This document shows positions 61,791 to 64,000 of a stretch of 64,000 nt of DNA, piece by piece. The stretch comes from Azolla caroliniana (taxonomy: Eukaryota; Plantae; Polypodiophyta), in assembly GCA_043228905.1 (NCBI GenBank), contig JBHGNT010000012.1, positions 11,036,001 to 11,100,000 on the forward strand, given 5' to 3'. The notes beneath the pieces were generated by a model. The model was not told the origin of the DNA, did no database searches, and worked only from the letters and a program-made list of their open reading frames with translations. Every line of letters starts with the position of its first letter. Positions within the stretch are counted from its first letter, which is position 1. Position numbers and translations under genes: made by a program.

Positions 61791-63184
61791 GTTTGCGTTC
61801 ACAAGTGGAAGGATCGCGCACAAGTGGAAGGATAAGGAATATTCCGTTTGATTTTGGGGTTTTTTTTGCCATTTCACAAAACATCTTGATACTAGTATCA
61901 CATGTTCACCAAAACTTGATGAAAAAGTTGAAAATTTCACCATTTGGTAAAATTGAAAAATGCCAAATTTGGGTAAAATATGAAAAGTAACTTTGTGGAT
62001 TTTTAAAGAAAAATGACAACTAATAAGTTTTTAGATCTTAAAGAAATCAAAGTAGAATATTTCAAAACAATGAACGTTTTTATTCCATTCGATAAAATGT
62101 TGTCTAAATTTGTTACATATAGTTGCACAACAAATACATTTGGGAGTTATTTGCATGACTATCATCATTCTTTTCATGAGACTCACTACTATAGATAATA
62201 TACAATTGTGACTCTTCCTCCTCATCTTCCAATGTACCAATCAAATCATTGTCTTCACCAAATGGTATCTCCAAATTTTGTGCAATAAATCTTCTTCACC
62301 TTCAATCTGAGATATCTTCTAGACTTGCTAATATCTCTTTTATTATGCATATCGTTGTTGTCCTTATACATCCAACTTTTGTTTGTGTAAAGTCATACAT
62401 AATGATATCCACCTCATTAATGTCAATGATAGATGTATTACAAACTTTTAATACATCATCACTTCCAAAACTTTACCAATGCAGAATTGGTACCCTAGGT
62501 CATGGCCATCTACAAGTGTAGCTATTAATATCCCCATCTTGAGTTCTTGCAAGTTTCCTTGTCATCTGAGTTATACTTGTGTTGTCATCCTTCATTCCAA
62601 CTATAAAGATTAACATTAAGTAGTGATTAAGAACCACGTGAACACACTTATGGACCATGTAAATGGCATTTGCAAGGTTCAATTACCATCAACACAATTA
62701 TTAATAGTTTTTTGTTAATCAATGATGCACATGTTCACCATAAAGTATCTTGTTGTACAACATACTTGTTTGCACTATCGATATGCATCTTTTTCTCTTG
62801 TTAAAACAAACATTTTAGTATGATTCAAGTTCATGTTTAAAAAACCTCTTTTATTTGAAAAAGAACAAGATTTTAAACATTAAGTCGATATGTTATATCG
62901 AGTTGATGTAAAAAATAGAGTTTTCATCATAATTCCATACAATGTATTGAATTCTTGCTCAAAGTTTTTTTTACTGGATTTAAAAAATAAAAATAAAAAT
63001 AAATTGTGCTTGAGTTCATCTAGAAAACCATAATTTTCATCACAATTCGATATAATGTATTGAGTTCATGCTTAAAGTAATTTTTTCTAATTGTTTTCAA
63101 TTTTGTTTCAATTTTTTATTGATTTTGTTTTATTTTTTAAACATCAATTTGATACATTGTATCGACTTGTGATAAAAGCTCTGG

Positions 63185-64000
63185 TTTTTTCATCACTTAT
63201 TAAACCTCAATTTTGTTTTAGAAAAAAAAACAAAATACAAAAATAAAATAGAAAAAAATGTAATTATTTTTTAAAAAAAATCCAAAATTAAACTTTTCAT
63301 GTCATGATATGGTAGGACTTGAACCCATGACCTAATGTTACATGGGTCAAGCTCTTGACCATTAGACCATACATTGTAATACATAAAATATTATTTTTAT
63401 CACTTATTAAAGCTTAATTTCTTTTTAGAAAAAAAACAAAACACCATAATAAAATAGGAAAAAATGTAATTATTTTAAAAAAAAATCTGAAATAAAACTT
63501 TAAACATGAACTCGATACACCGTATCGGGTTCATGTAAAAAAGTTAGCTTTTCAAGATGAACTCGATACGGCGTATCGAGTTCATGTTGAAAAGGCGTAT
63601 CGAGTTCATATAAAAAAGTTAACTTAGTTCATGTCATGATTTGGTAGGACTCAAACCCATGACCTTATGCTACATGGGTCAAGCTCTCAACCATTAGACC
63701 ATACATTGTAATACATAAAATATTATTTTCATCACTTATTAAAGCTTAAAGTTTTTTAGAAAAAAACAAAATACCAAAATAAAATAGGAAAAAATGTAAT
63801 TATTTTTAAAAAAAAATCCGAAATAAAACTTTAAACATGAACTCGATACGCCGTATCGAGTTAATGTAAAAAATCTAGCTCAGTTCACGTCATGATATGG
63901 TAGGACTCGAACCCATGACCTTATGCTACATGGGTCAAGCTCTTGACCATTAGACCATACATTGTGATACATAAAATATTATTTTCATCACTTATTAAAG
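63185..64000. repeat. Tandem array (~256-332 bp units) containing a chromovirus LTR head and palindromes
   Basis: The LTR-head block tgtcatgatatggtaggac...aatattattttcat starts at 63300, 63632 and 63888. Palindrome atgaactcgatacggcgtatcgagttcat at ~63557, with variants at 63505 and 63836. Confidence 0.9.

Noticed and set aside
63185-64000. CRISPR-like array of palindromic repeats
   Set aside because: Eukaryotic context, spacers are themselves repeated, and no cas genes are present.

Overview
Land-plant nuclear DNA, probably from a non-seed vascular plant such as a fern (inferred from the TE lineages). The first ~9 kb is genic: the last exon of a group-A MAP kinase (+) converges on a complete 10-exon NAT11/NAT12-type nucleobase-ascorbate transporter (-, ~723 aa). 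From ~11 kb to the end the window is a deeply nested retrotransposon stack. It holds Copia elements, Tcn1-like chromoviruses (one very young), a divergent Gypsy lineage primed by tRNA-Trp with a 4-bp TSD, a 1-kb tRNA-Ala-primed mini element, solo LTRs, hAT MITEs, inversions and tandem duplications. The most unusual signal is a tRNA-like Pol III promoter module (A-box/B-box at ~44 nt spacing). It sits antisense at the extreme U3 end of the chromovirus LTRs, recurs in the LTR of a different Gypsy lineage, and is amplified on its own as a tandem array at the window end. Tf1-type self-priming sites and two -1 frameshift signals are also readable. All calls were made by eye; no database searches were run.
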